DNA from: a virus
Taxonomy: Duplodnaviria > Caudoviricetes
Direction: 5' to 3' (one strand)
Length of the DNA stretch: 64,000 bases
IMG/VR virus record: IMGVR_UViG_3300048762_000252
Location: 1-64,000 of that record
The translations under genes were made by a program, and so were the position numbers. The notes under the pieces were generated by a model. That model saw only the letters and a list, made by a program, of their open reading frames with translations. It had not been told where the DNA came from and did no database searches. How positions within the stretch are numbered: position 1 is the first letter of the stretch; each line of letters begins with the position of its first letter. Below, piece by piece: positions 10,901 to 19,993 of the stretch.

Positions 10901-12931
10901 GTCAATGCAGCGATGAATTGGTTGCCTGAAGCGCAAGATGCTAATGTATTGCGAGCATGGGTGGCGGGATCAAAAAGAAATAATCCACAAAAATCTAAAC
11001 CGTCGAATAGAAAACCTTGGAGATGTGCTGAGTGTGGAAAAAAGAATCCAAAAGGTGTTGATCGTTGTGAATGCGCTGATGTGAATGAAGGTTATGTATC
11101 TCCAGGAACGAGATGCCATGATTGCGGAGCCACAAAGGAAGATCATACAAAAAGAAAGGCCGGTCCTGGTTATGCTGTCTGTAAGAAATTTGTATTGAGT
11201 CCTGAAGATGGTGGACGGCCAGAACGCAGAAAACTAAAAGAAGGATACAATGATATTGAGCATGGAGACCACGTTACTTTCAATCATCCATTAAGGGGTA
11301 GCGACAAAACTCCACAACAGGGCAGAGGCAAAGCAGTGATGCGTGGCCCAGGCGGTTGGGTAGTGAATATGGGTGGTGCTCACGGCACACCGGGTATCGT
11401 GTCTTCAGACAACTATGTAAGCCATCGTAAAGCCAAGAGCAAAGCTCCAAATTCTCTAACAACGAAGCGATTGGTTGGAGAAGATGAATATGATGACCAT
11501 GTGAAATCATATAATGTATCTGGAAATCCCGCTTCAGATCCAAAAAAAGAATCCGCTAGGAAGAGAAAGAATCAAGCACGCAAAGATCGTGATGATATTA
11601 GGCGTAGCATGGGCTTGACCAAAGTCAAGGGTGCTGTAAGTGGAAAGACTTATTGGGAGTCGGAAGATTCACATGATCCAACCGAATCTCCTGATTATGT
11701 GACACATGAAAACCGATTTGATCCGCCAAAACCTAAACCAAAAAAGAGACGCCAATCTTTAGCAAACATGTATCATCATGCCATGCTTGATATGGGAATG
11801 AAAGCGTATCGTGGATCGGACGGCAAGCTCCGTTATGAATCCGAAAATTGTAATGAATCTGAAGAAATATCTGAAGCCGCCAAATGTTCAAAATGCGGAA
11901 GATCTGTTCATTCGGCAGTCCTCAAACACAAAATAACAAGTACGCCTACATTCAAGAAGCACATTCTTTGCCATGGTTGTTTTGATAAGCAAATCAGTGA
12001 AAATGAATATGAATCCGGCGTGACATATGAAGAGCTTCAAAATGCTGGTTTCAATGAAAGTGAAATCAAAAGAATTTTGGAAATTGACAAAAATTCAACA
12101 CCCTGGAAACGAATGGTAGGAAATATACCAGATAGCATGAGTTACGATATGGATTGGAGAAAACCTGCTCCGAAAGATCGTGGTAATATTGCAACAACAA
12201 CGGTTCCTTTTCGTAAAGAAGAAGTTGATCCAATCATTAGTTCGGCGGTGGGATACATCAACCAACAACTTGAAAATGCTGGTGGGCCGATCACTGAAGA
12301 TTTTTCAGTTCATCAACGCCTTTTGGACAATGGGTTCAAAAAGCACAAAACTGAGAATCAAACACAAGTTTACAGTCATCCAGAGCATGGAGAATTCCAC
12401 ATCAAAACAAGTAATGGAATGCATTCACCAACAGAACATCACAAATCTAATGGTGATGTAGTAGGTTTAAGTCATGTTTCACATTCTTATCTTAATAAAA
12501 TGGGATTGAAACCTTCTAGCAGCATGTCAGAAGAAGAAATGAATGAATGGCGTAACAAAAAAGTTGAAAATTTAAACGTATTATCAAAAAGAGAAATTAA
12601 AAGACGTGAACATAATGGAGGACTTTGCCGGAAGTGTCTTCAACCACATAATAATGCTTCAGGGAATCTATGTTTTAGTTGTGCGTTAGGTGAAGAAGAA
12701 ATGAACGAATGGATTGCCGGAAAGAATTATGACAAACCTTATAAACATTCTAAGCACTGGCGTAGTGAATTTGCAGATCCAGGCGGAAATAGTTCGCTTC
12801 GGGCGGCTTCTAAGTCAAACCCACGAAATAAACCTTGTCCAACTTGCAAGGAACCAAATAAGCTGACAGCAAAAGATGTTGCTCAAAAATACCAGTGCAA
12901 CGACTGTGCTGATAGGGACGAAAGATGCTAA
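7940..12931 (+). CDS. Putative head-internal polyprotein (1663 aa; many Zn-ribbon/basic modules separated by acidic hydrophobic-X-E linkers)
   Basis: TAAATA at 7898 and AGGAG RBS; modular composition; function inferred. Confidence 0.6.
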   Translation: MAIFRDMQETESTDITQYPGYAKLSGEEQKKVAETYTNVYNNNQEKLGYRIAQGIAFATAKQMCEETIGQKMTKMAAGNKCVWCKKTIGATSTCPHCKGEQNSPESYSKRKAVKAVREEVVDEARKSGWKNGIGREQTVHYQSQPGHPGKDGSRCMPACGAGWTLDHLPTNDKSKVTCGSCLQKVNGTGIYKKSMHEDEISEARVNDAQFANHASKEAWKATTKARKSQSYEDHFRAGKLHTAAAKLHDDAAKSKEHQGQAGVHYSIAASNRKYEKGNPNPSKHDPKMWEGQDPAPGLIADCGDAMDETQNPISTRSAKYVCAGCGHSMRGSTTSMMGKRCPACNSYSWKSPVRKEEEDIVDNKISKPGPTYEAQTPYTYRKAEPLPHSGETGGVYAKNVQDLETEKILSKIRPSKTVKEGDAEDFQAKNDALVGMTEDEINEFAISQTSKRFVMKDGVKHRVIGVRDGELVTEPVTKSKQNYKDAHGGHDWVDNYGMKKENEDALASAANPEEGGAAQQLRLNHDKMCAGCGSIHPIDVMCFNGRTHSEAGMGSGDILKQNHQAKGMQGMDAVQMKVEESDPLISAAASYLTNRAKVSGLMESVLPGTGAGEIQKSNLAQKCPNCGASAIEMHQFGSGIRKCACASGDCSCNCGDGKCKCVDGVCKCDDGKCMGAGDILQQNHAVKGMKQATIPQATPQVKEDEIDEALCPRCRGKGCRRCNFHFVPKKEKVPPQVKEDEIDEVHIGFKNLQKKLEGKGHSKESAGNICHAIMIKKYGHAVHEDEAVFTETELKEWETRGAKDNINPDDWNKPEPKPDPNERDCWQCKAGRHHDLKTHEANLRNEEELINRTFSEEVITEAEARLQESIEAVWVENFYPAKPMEEHCGHCSHPQSFHESDGCSTCDECGGFTTESVDENEKKHEICFCGHEYGGHGKGGCKKCKHDGVTDATRAAHQFRKNDYRERFEAEYAEIFAAQQGKINTTLVNAAMNWLPEAQDANVLRAWVAGSKRNNPQKSKPSNRKPWRCAECGKKNPKGVDRCECADVNEGYVSPGTRCHDCGATKEDHTKRKAGPGYAVCKKFVLSPEDGGRPERRKLKEGYNDIEHGDHVTFNHPLRGSDKTPQQGRGKAVMRGPGGWVVNMGGAHGTPGIVSSDNYVSHRKAKSKAPNSLTTKRLVGEDEYDDHVKSYNVSGNPASDPKKESARKRKNQARKDRDDIRRSMGLTKVKGAVSGKTYWESEDSHDPTESPDYVTHENRFDPPKPKPKKRRQSLANMYHHAMLDMGMKAYRGSDGKLRYESENCNESEEISEAAKCSKCGRSVHSAVLKHKITSTPTFKKHILCHGCFDKQISENEYESGVTYEELQNAGFNESEIKRILEIDKNSTPWKRMVGNIPDSMSYDMDWRKPAPKDRGNIATTTVPFRKEEVDPIISSAVGYINQQLENAGGPITEDFSVHQRLLDNGFKKHKTENQTQVYSHPEHGEFHIKTSNGMHSPTEHHKSNGDVVGLSHVSHSYLNKMGLKPSSSMSEEEMNEWRNKKVENLNVLSKREIKRREHNGGLCRKCLQPHNNASGNLCFSCALGEEEMNEWIAGKNYDKPYKHSKHWRSEFADPGGNSSLRAASKSNPRNKPCPTCKEPNKLTAKDVAQKYQCNDCADRDERC

Positions 12932-13809
12932 CTGAAAAATATACAAATTTGGATGACACAAAGGCATACGGTTACAAAGAACATCCGCTTCATAAACATT
13001 TTCGTAACGCTGGATATCATTTGAGTTATTCCAATCACGATGCCGATGGAAATCACACGCATCAATACATAAAGGGGCAACAACCTTCTTCAATAGAGCC
13101 ATCAAGTAAAGATTATCATAGCATTATTACACATCACAATGACAATCCAAAAACAATGAAGTCAAGTTGGAGACACATAGAAAAACTAAAAGGGCATTTG
13201 CATGGCAGAGATCCTTATAAAGATATTAGTGGAACAGGCCATGCTTCATTGAAAGATCATTTAAAATCTGATTCAGATTATCGTAGTGAAGAGACAGATC
13301 CTTTAATTGCGGCGACATTAGGTTATATCGACCAACAGATTGCCAATGCTGGCGGTTCATTACAAACTCTGACTGAAGGCGATGCGGAACATGAAAAATA
13401 CAAAGACCATACAAAAAATCCATATCACCAAATTTTGACTCAACATGGATTCGTTCATAAGTCTACTGAACACAAAAAGAATCGGTTTGCGGCTAACAAT
13501 CCTAAAGCCGATTACACAGAACACCGATATGAACATCCGGGGCACGGAAAATCACATGTTTTGATTACACAAGATCATTCTAAAGGCGGTGGTGGCTATT
13601 CATTTAGTGATGATAAAGGACATTCTTTCATTCATCGTCACGAACAATCGAACGGAATTATGAGTCCTTCGACTGGAAATTCTAAGAACCAGCTTCATCG
13701 GAGTTTGTCTTATCATTATGGCATACCAAAGGGCGTTAAGCCACCGCCATTGACAGCCGCAGAAAAGAAGTATTCTCATTTGAAACCGGAGTATAAGCAA
13801 AACGAATGA
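12925..13809 (+). CDS. His-rich two-module protein, putative head-internal protein
   Basis: Two LxxxG[FY] modules joined by DPLIAATLGYIDQQIANAGG linker shared with the upstream gene. Confidence 0.6.
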   Translation: MLTEKYTNLDDTKAYGYKEHPLHKHFRNAGYHLSYSNHDADGNHTHQYIKGQQPSSIEPSSKDYHSIITHHNDNPKTMKSSWRHIEKLKGHLHGRDPYKDISGTGHASLKDHLKSDSDYRSEETDPLIAATLGYIDQQIANAGGSLQTLTEGDAEHEKYKDHTKNPYHQILTQHGFVHKSTEHKKNRFAANNPKADYTEHRYEHPGHGKSHVLITQDHSKGGGGYSFSDDKGHSFIHRHEQSNGIMSPSTGNSKNQLHRSLSYHYGIPKGVKPPPLTAAEKKYSHLKPEYKQNE

Positions 13810-16394
13810 AACTGGATATCTACAATTCGAAACAGAAGGTCGCTGCCGATAATAAAATGGTCTCTCCTGGCATCACTGATCGTTTTGAGAAAGATGTCGC
13901 AAAAGATGAAGGCGACTACGGAGACATACAGAAGAAATTTGCTCCTGGTCCCACATACGAAACTGAACGTAGAGACAATCCACGATTCAAGAAAAAGTGT
14001 CCTGCCAGCAATGAGAAGCACGATTGGGAATGGGTAGAAAATCATAAACACACTCCTGGTTCGCAACGGATGCTTGGTTTTTGTGATAATTGTGGTGCTG
14101 AACATCCCCGTAACAACAAAAAAATGAAGGAAGAAACCGCTATGAACCTATTGAAAGACATTCTTGCAGAAGCTCAGTCGTTTGATCCTAAGCACACAAA
14201 GCATACCGAAAATCCAATCGCTGATTGCGCTGTGTGCGGAAAAGGCAATCATGTGCCAGCAAAACATTTTGGTCGAGCTTTAGGTGGCGAAAACAATCAA
14301 TCCGTAACTGAATGGTCCGTTGAAGACGAACTAAAAGCTCAAGCGAGAAAGAAGGTGGGAAAAACATCTCAACCTCAATCAGAAAAGTGGTCTGTTGCAG
14401 ATGAACTGAAAGCTCAAGAAAGAGATCGTAAATTCCGAAAAGAAGCTGAAGGTGATTATGAGAAGCCACCGTTTGCTGGTTTTCATAAATGGGCGGATGA
14501 AAGGCAAGACCAAAGAGAAAAGAAACGTGACCGTAGACAAAAAGAATTGGATAAGTGGAATAAAAAACCAATAAAAGAAACCGATGAGTGGCCGCATAAT
14601 CTCGTTTACCCAAATCACAAACCGCATTTCTGTAAGAAGTGTAATCGTTGGGCTGATTACTTAGGCCAACATGGTGCGAAATGTAGACTTGCAGCGGACA
14701 AGGTTGAAAAAGAAAAATTGAAAGAAGCTTTAAAACCAAGCGGTATGTGGAAAGGAAGAGACTGTCATTGGGTTATGGATAATCAAGGAAATATTCATCC
14801 CAAACCATTTCCTACAGCACAGCAAGTGAAACAACAGAGCAAGCAAAAAACAGAAGCAGAGATTCCTGGCAACGACGAAGCTGAAATGTGCCCCGAATGT
14901 CACAAGCTTCATGCTCCATCTGTTCCCTGTCCTGCGAAGAAACTTTTGTTTGGACAAGATGGTGTCAACGAAGACAATCAATATCACAAACATTTAACGA
15001 AAGCAGGATTTAAGAAAAGACAAGGCAATGATTCTGCATACGACCATTCTGATGGTTCAAAAGTGATCTTAAAAAAGGATGGTTCTCATAGCGTTAGTTA
15101 TCCTGCTATTCCTTACGGGGATTTTACAATGAGGGGAACTCGTAGCGGAGATACTCCATCAAAAAATAGAATGGCTCGTTTGAAAGGAACCGATGTAGAT
15201 GATTTAAAATATAATTTGCATCTATCTGGGCATCCAGTTGATACAACATACCGTCCGAAACAGAGAGTTAAGGAAGAAACCATCACAGAGACGAACAAAT
15301 TCACTCACAAAATTTGGACTGGTCCGTCTGGTGTAAAGCAATACGCCGCCAAGCTTCACAAGCACTATCCGAATACGAAAGCTGGTACAGAACATGTCTA
15401 TGTTCATACTGATCATCCAGCGGAACATGTAGCAAATACTCTAAAGAACAAACTTGGGATGTCTGGGTTCACTCCTGGTGGCCGAGGTTGGAGTACTCAG
15501 GAACATAGTGTGCAACATAATCTGAAGAAAAAAGCTGCTGTAACAGAATCCACTCCAGTAGAACCAAAGGTAGTAGGACACTTTATTCAGACACATCTTC
15601 CATCTGGCAAAAAGCATCGTGGAGCGATGATGGACACCCATCTTTCTGAATTGGGTTCTGGTGGGCGTCTATCAACAGGTGAGAAAGTGACGAAGGATCA
15701 CATTCTCAATCATTGGAACGCTCAACAGCCGAAGACTTACAAATATGAATGGGACAAGGAAAATCTTAAAGAAGACGAAAAAGAAACTCGTCCGAAGTGC
15801 CCACACTGCACTTTGCCATTAGATGTTTGTAAGATACATCAACAAAGACAACGCCGCAGTGCGCTTCAACCGGATTCAGATGAAAATGAATGTCCTAGAA
15901 AACGGGAAAAGGAGCGAGATGAAAATTTGGATGAAGCCAAAATAAAGAAGCCAAAGCAATTTGACAAAATGGCTCATGTGCGTGCGATTGCTCGTAATGT
16001 AGTTGGTCAAATTCCAAAAGGCCAAGTCATCGTACCAAAGAAAGACCGCAAACCAAAACATAAAAAAGATCCGTTAGATATCGAGGAGGAAAATTCGATG
16101 GGATTTTCGCAATTCACAGAAGCAGCAGAAACTCCACACGCCCATGCTGCAAGACTACATGATGAAGCAGCGAAACATGCTAAAAGTTCTGCTTCGATGA
16201 TTGACCGACCGTACAAAGATGCGTGTGACGCATCATATGCAACAAAACATCCTGAAATTTCCAAATTCATTCAGCATAACACAATGGGACGCCACTCTGG
16301 TTTTATACCGCACCTTAACGGGCGGGTAGTATTTCATAAAAAGCTGGCGCAAATGCATAGAAATGTTGAAAGTAAGCAGCCATCAGATGTATAA
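13806..16394 (+). CDS. Putative head-internal polyprotein (862 aa)
   Basis: Same modular pattern (MKEE, ILAE, VTE, IKE, LKE, VNE, VKEE, ITE, LDE boundaries). Confidence 0.6.
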   Translation: MKLDIYNSKQKVAADNKMVSPGITDRFEKDVAKDEGDYGDIQKKFAPGPTYETERRDNPRFKKKCPASNEKHDWEWVENHKHTPGSQRMLGFCDNCGAEHPRNNKKMKEETAMNLLKDILAEAQSFDPKHTKHTENPIADCAVCGKGNHVPAKHFGRALGGENNQSVTEWSVEDELKAQARKKVGKTSQPQSEKWSVADELKAQERDRKFRKEAEGDYEKPPFAGFHKWADERQDQREKKRDRRQKELDKWNKKPIKETDEWPHNLVYPNHKPHFCKKCNRWADYLGQHGAKCRLAADKVEKEKLKEALKPSGMWKGRDCHWVMDNQGNIHPKPFPTAQQVKQQSKQKTEAEIPGNDEAEMCPECHKLHAPSVPCPAKKLLFGQDGVNEDNQYHKHLTKAGFKKRQGNDSAYDHSDGSKVILKKDGSHSVSYPAIPYGDFTMRGTRSGDTPSKNRMARLKGTDVDDLKYNLHLSGHPVDTTYRPKQRVKEETITETNKFTHKIWTGPSGVKQYAAKLHKHYPNTKAGTEHVYVHTDHPAEHVANTLKNKLGMSGFTPGGRGWSTQEHSVQHNLKKKAAVTESTPVEPKVVGHFIQTHLPSGKKHRGAMMDTHLSELGSGGRLSTGEKVTKDHILNHWNAQQPKTYKYEWDKENLKEDEKETRPKCPHCTLPLDVCKIHQQRQRRSALQPDSDENECPRKREKERDENLDEAKIKKPKQFDKMAHVRAIARNVVGQIPKGQVIVPKKDRKPKHKKDPLDIEEENSMGFSQFTEAAETPHAHAARLHDEAAKHAKSSASMIDRPYKDACDASYATKHPEISKFIQHNTMGRHSGFIPHLNGRVVFHKKLAQMHRNVESKQPSDV

Positions 16395-16460
16395 ATACAA
16401 ACGGCTGTATGTAAAGTAGTGAGCTTCACATACAGCCTGAACACAATGGAGTATGCCATC

Positions 16461-17099
16461 ATGCCTGAAGACAATTTATCACCATTACATTTTGAAGGGA
16501 TGCCATGCCGGAAGTGTGGATCTACAAGAAGGTATATGCGGTATAAAAATTGTGTTAATTGCCATCATGACGCAGATCGAAAATGGCAGCAAGAAAATTT
16601 GGAAATTAAAAGAAAATGGCAACAAACAAATCCAGAAAAACGTCGTAAATCAAAACGAAAATGGCAACAAACAAATCCAGAAAAGGTGCGAGAATCAAGT
16701 CATAAATCATGTCGAAAGTGGAGACAAGCAAATGCAGAAAGGTGTCGTGAGCGTAATCGCATTTGGCGATTAGCAAATTCGAAAACGATGCGGGAGTGCA
16801 ATCGTGCCGCTGCCGTTAAAGCCAGAGCAAAACGAAAACAAGCTGTAGGTTCACATACTACACAGGAATGGATCGATCTAAATGAGCAGTATGGATATCA
16901 TTGTCTTCGTTGTAAAAAACATGAGTCGGAATTTCCAATAAATTCAAGGACAGGACGACCGTTTCCAATCGAACAAGATCATATCATTCCGCTTTCAAAA
17001 GGTGGTACAAATTGGATTACGAACATCCAGCCACTTTGTCATGATTGTAACGGAATGGGTGGCAAAGGTATAAATACTACTGACTTTCGGTCTGAGTAA
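16461..17099 (+). CDS. HNH homing endonuclease
   Basis: CLRC...DHIIPLSKGGTNWITNIQPLCHDCN; KRKWQQTNPEK repeats; TATAAATA at 16390; GGAG before 16461. Confidence 0.9.
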   Translation: MPEDNLSPLHFEGMPCRKCGSTRRYMRYKNCVNCHHDADRKWQQENLEIKRKWQQTNPEKRRKSKRKWQQTNPEKVRESSHKSCRKWRQANAERCRERNRIWRLANSKTMRECNRAAAVKARAKRKQAVGSHTTQEWIDLNEQYGYHCLRCKKHESEFPINSRTGRPFPIEQDHIIPLSKGGTNWITNIQPLCHDCNGMGGKGINTTDFRSE

Positions 17100-17101
17100 A
17101 A

Positions 17102-17332
17102 ATGAAAACATTTAGTGCTTTTCTTCTGGAAAATTACGATGCGGTTTTGAAACAGCACGGCTATGAGAATCCGCAAAAGGGAGATGACGGACACATTACG
17201 TATTCGAAGAATCCCGCTGATCAAATCCTGATTGACGTTCCTGGCAAGGAATGGCATCACATGGTAAAAGGCGTCGTCAAAATTGTCGGAAACATCAAGG
17301 ACGATTCGCTGGAGCGGTTTCTCGCCAGATAG
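17102..17332 (+). CDS. Small internal-protein-like product with T4 IP-type capsid targeting leader
   Basis: N-terminus MKTFSAFLLE resembles T4 IP leader MKTYQEFIAE; LKQHGY module. Confidence 0.6.
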   Translation: MKTFSAFLLENYDAVLKQHGYENPQKGDDGHITYSKNPADQILIDVPGKEWHHMVKGVVKIVGNIKDDSLERFLAR

Positions 17333-17348
17333 CCCTTTCCTGGCTCGT

Positions 17349-17425
17349 AGGAAGCCCTAGAAACGCCAAAGGTCCAAGGACGTATCCAAGGACCCTTTTT
17401 GGTTTCGATGCGCTGTAGGGCTTCT
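17349..17425. terminator. Long imperfect inverted repeat between convergent transcription units
   Basis: GAAGCCCT...CCAAAGGTCC / GGACC..TTTGG...AGGGCTTC. Confidence 0.55.
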
Positions 17426-17453
17426 AAGGCGCTGCGGGAATTAATGGAGATTT

Positions 17454-17717
17454 TTACTCCATTTCCGGTCCAAATCCCATGATGAAATCTTCGGCGGCGA
17501 GAATTTCGTCGGCTTCTTCGTCATCTTCAGGTTGTCTGCGAAGCTGCCGTCGAACAAACGACCGATGCAGGCGTAGCTGTCCGTCTTCCGGGTCTTCGTT
17601 TTCGCCGTCGTAATCATCGGCTTCCTGTTGATTCAGTTGGTAAAGATCATCATCGATTTCGTAGGTGCCGTATTCGTCAAAACGGTCGTCAAGGCTTCTG
17701 TCGTCATCGAATTCCAT
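17454..17717 (-). CDS. Small very acidic hypothetical protein
   Basis: GGAG RBS; D/E-rich 87 aa. Confidence 0.7.
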   Translation of the reverse strand: MEFDDDRSLDDRFDEYGTYEIDDDLYQLNQQEADDYDGENEDPEDGQLRLHRSFVRRQLRRQPEDDEEADEILAAEDFIMGFGPEME

Positions 17718-17727
17718 TTTGTCTCCC

Positions 17728-17931
17728 TTACCAAGTCATCATTTCAATCAGGTTGGTGACGCCGATTTCCGCTTTGCGCTGAACATGATCGGCAGCATCA
17801 TAAAGCCCTTGGACATTTGCCAGCCGGATCAGAGCGGCCACGGTCTGCGGCTTGTTGTTCAGGCTATCGTAGAAGGCCCGAAGCCATTCCAGTTGTTCGG
17901 CGGTGCCGTATTGTGCTTGAGGGGCGTTCAT
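17728..17931 (-). CDS. Hypothetical protein
   Basis: GGAG RBS, operon packing. Confidence 0.65.
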   Translation of the reverse strand: MNAPQAQYGTAEQLEWLRAFYDSLNNKPQTVAALIRLANVQGLYDAADHVQRKAEIGVTNLIEMMTW

Positions 17932-18094
17932 TATTCTCCACCTGGATTGCGGTGCTGGCTTGGCTGGTTTGTTACGCCGGGAAGTACCGAAATCGTGATC
18001 AATTGCTTGGATTCAGACAAAATAATTCCAGGAAGGAGCACAGGGAGGGATACAACGGTCACTTCTACGAAAAACGGAATGAAGTACGTGCGTG

Positions 18095-18310
18095 TCATTT
18101 GGTCTCCAAGGTGTGAATCATGATCTTTTTGCACGCCTGGAGAGTACCGATCCAGCGGACACCCTTCGTGCCAGTGATACCATACACATTCTGTGTGTTG
18201 CCACTCAATCCCAAAGATCCATTGATGATTGTGCGACCGGATGGCTTGCCGTTTATCAGCACGTCGAAGTTGCCGGTGACAACTTTCTCGAATGTGATTA
18301 CGTTCTTCAT
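18095..18310 (-). CDS. Hypothetical protein, leaderless
   Basis: TTGCTT-18-TAATGT promoter 6 nt before ATG. Confidence 0.7.
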   Translation of the reverse strand: MKNVITFEKVVTGNFDVLINGKPSGRTIINGSLGLSGNTQNVYGITGTKGVRWIGTLQACKKIMIHTLETK

Positions 18311-18384
18311 GTCTTTACATTAGCACATAGATGTATCAAAAAGCAATAGATCCAGAAAATTTAATTCTGGAGTGGGTTTCTTCA

Positions 18385-18681
18385 TTAGAATCCTTCTTCC
18401 TTTTTGCGCTGTTCGACGACCTTGTATTCGGCCATCAGATTGCTATGGATGAAGTAGCAGCGACGGGAATCGTCCGGTATGATCGGAGCCGTGGCTTCCG
18501 GGTTAAAGATCATACCCAAGAAGCTGAAACCCTTGTAGTTGTTGGTTTTGAACAAGACGCCTTCCAGGAGGGAAGCGATAGCCTGACGCTCGAAAACGTC
18601 TTCCGGCTTGCTGTGTTCTAGGCGGAAATTCACCGTCCAGAGCAGTTCGGCTACATCGAAGGTCTTGCGTGATTGACTCAT
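18385..18681 (-). CDS. Hypothetical protein (MSQSRKTF...), leaderless; the upstream in-frame extension may be a separate gene
   Basis: TTGACA-18-TATACT 6 nt before ATG at 18681. Confidence 0.65.
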   Translation of the reverse strand: MSQSRKTFDVAELLWTVNFRLEHSKPEDVFERQAIASLLEGVLFKTNNYKGFSFLGMIFNPEATAPIIPDDSRRCYFIHSNLMAEYKVVEQRKKEEGF

Positions 18682-19100
18682 ATTCAGAGTATACCAGAAA
18701 GATGCATCTATTGTCAATGGGTTCGCAAAAAATTTATTCATACGTTGGCGAATGGCAGGAAGTTCTTTTTGTACCTTATCGTAGGCGGTTTCAGCTTGTT
18801 CTCTGGTGGTAACGATGCCTTCTCGTGCTTGGACGGCGATGATGCAATCCACCATGAGCTTCCGGCGATTCACCGGATTGTCCAAAATTTTGCGAAGATT
18901 TACCCGTTTGTTCTTCATAGGTATCTTAATGGGGTGGTTGATGCAACACGACATCGAGAGATTCTGATTTTGGTAGAGTTCGTGACATCCACCAGTTTTT
19001 TGCACAATCAAGACCCGGTTTGCGCTTAGGAAGCAAAGACAGCAAGCTCATTACAATCATGGTGGCGATATTTAGTTTCCAAATTAGAGGCATAAAGTCC

Positions 19101-19364
19101 TTAGAAAAATTTGAGAGTGTTGCCAGATACCCAATCTCGAACCTTAATTTCCTGATGGGCTGCAATCAGTTCTGGCACTGAATCAGCAGCGTCGAAAATT
19201 TCGTTGTCAAATTCCCATCGTGGATCTTCGGTGGAATGCCTATTGGTGTATGAATCCATTTTAACATTCCATCCACTATTGGTTTCGTGTTCACGCACCA
19301 TTAACCGTAGAGACGGCGAGAACAACCAGCCGTGTGTTTCAAGATTTTTCTGAGTGAGTTGCAT
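19101..19364 (-). CDS. Hypothetical protein
   Basis: AGGA RBS, ORF. Confidence 0.65.
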   Translation of the reverse strand: MQLTQKNLETHGWLFSPSLRLMVREHETNSGWNVKMDSYTNRHSTEDPRWEFDNEIFDAADSVPELIAAHQEIKVRDWVSGNTLKFF

Positions 19365-19543
19365 GTTAGTTTCCTGTTAAAACCATTGCTTGCTACGATT
19401 CCACACCCTACCTTTTGGTAAAGGAACGATAAAACGATGAGTTTTTATATACCAAGCTCGTTTCCCATCCCGTGGAATAAGGCGTCCATCTGGAAGTTCT
19501 CGCAAGTATTGCTTCATGAAATCTTTGAGTTGCATTTAGTTAC

Positions 19544-19993
19544 CTATACTTTGCTGTGTGCTTCAGTTTGGCTTCGTTCTTTGCCAGCATCATTGGCGTC
19601 CACAGGCGCTACAACAGCCTTTGGCTTGGGTTCCCGTACCGAGATGGGGTATTCGTTCGCCCATGCGTAGAAGGTCTTATAATCGCCCCATTGCCAGGAG
19701 TACCGGCCACAGTGCATAGCGGCTCCGTGTTCCACACCACGAAGATGCGCCATTTCGTGAGCAATAACCATTGCCAAAGTTGCGTGGTTAAGTGTATATG
19801 GAGGTTTCGGTAAGCGGATTGTACCATCCCAACTGCCTACCCAGGCACATCCACTAATACGACCTTTTTTGGAATATATGATTTTAAATTGGACATGTTT
19901 GGCCTGATTTGGATTCAATTCTTCTCTGGCAATTCGAGTGAAAATTTTCTTGAGATCTCTTGTCGAATATACTGTAAAGTTGTTGAGTTTCAC
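19544..19993 (-). CDS. SprT-like zinc metallopeptidase (C-terminus possibly frameshifted)
   Basis: VIAHEMAHLRGVEHG (HExxH..H); TTGACT-18-TATACT promoter, AGGAG RBS, GTG start. Confidence 0.7.
   Translation of the reverse strand: MKLNNFTVYSTRDLKKIFTRIAREELNPNQAKHVQFKIIYSKKGRISGCAWVGSWDGTIRLPKPPYTLNHATLAMVIAHEMAHLRGVEHGAAMHCGRYSWQWGDYKTFYAWANEYPISVREPKPKAVVAPVDANDAGKERSQTEAHSKV

Noticed and set aside
7940-16394. Diversity-generating retroelement acting on the modules
   Set aside because: No reverse transcriptase and no template/variable repeat pair with adenine-specific differences seen in the window
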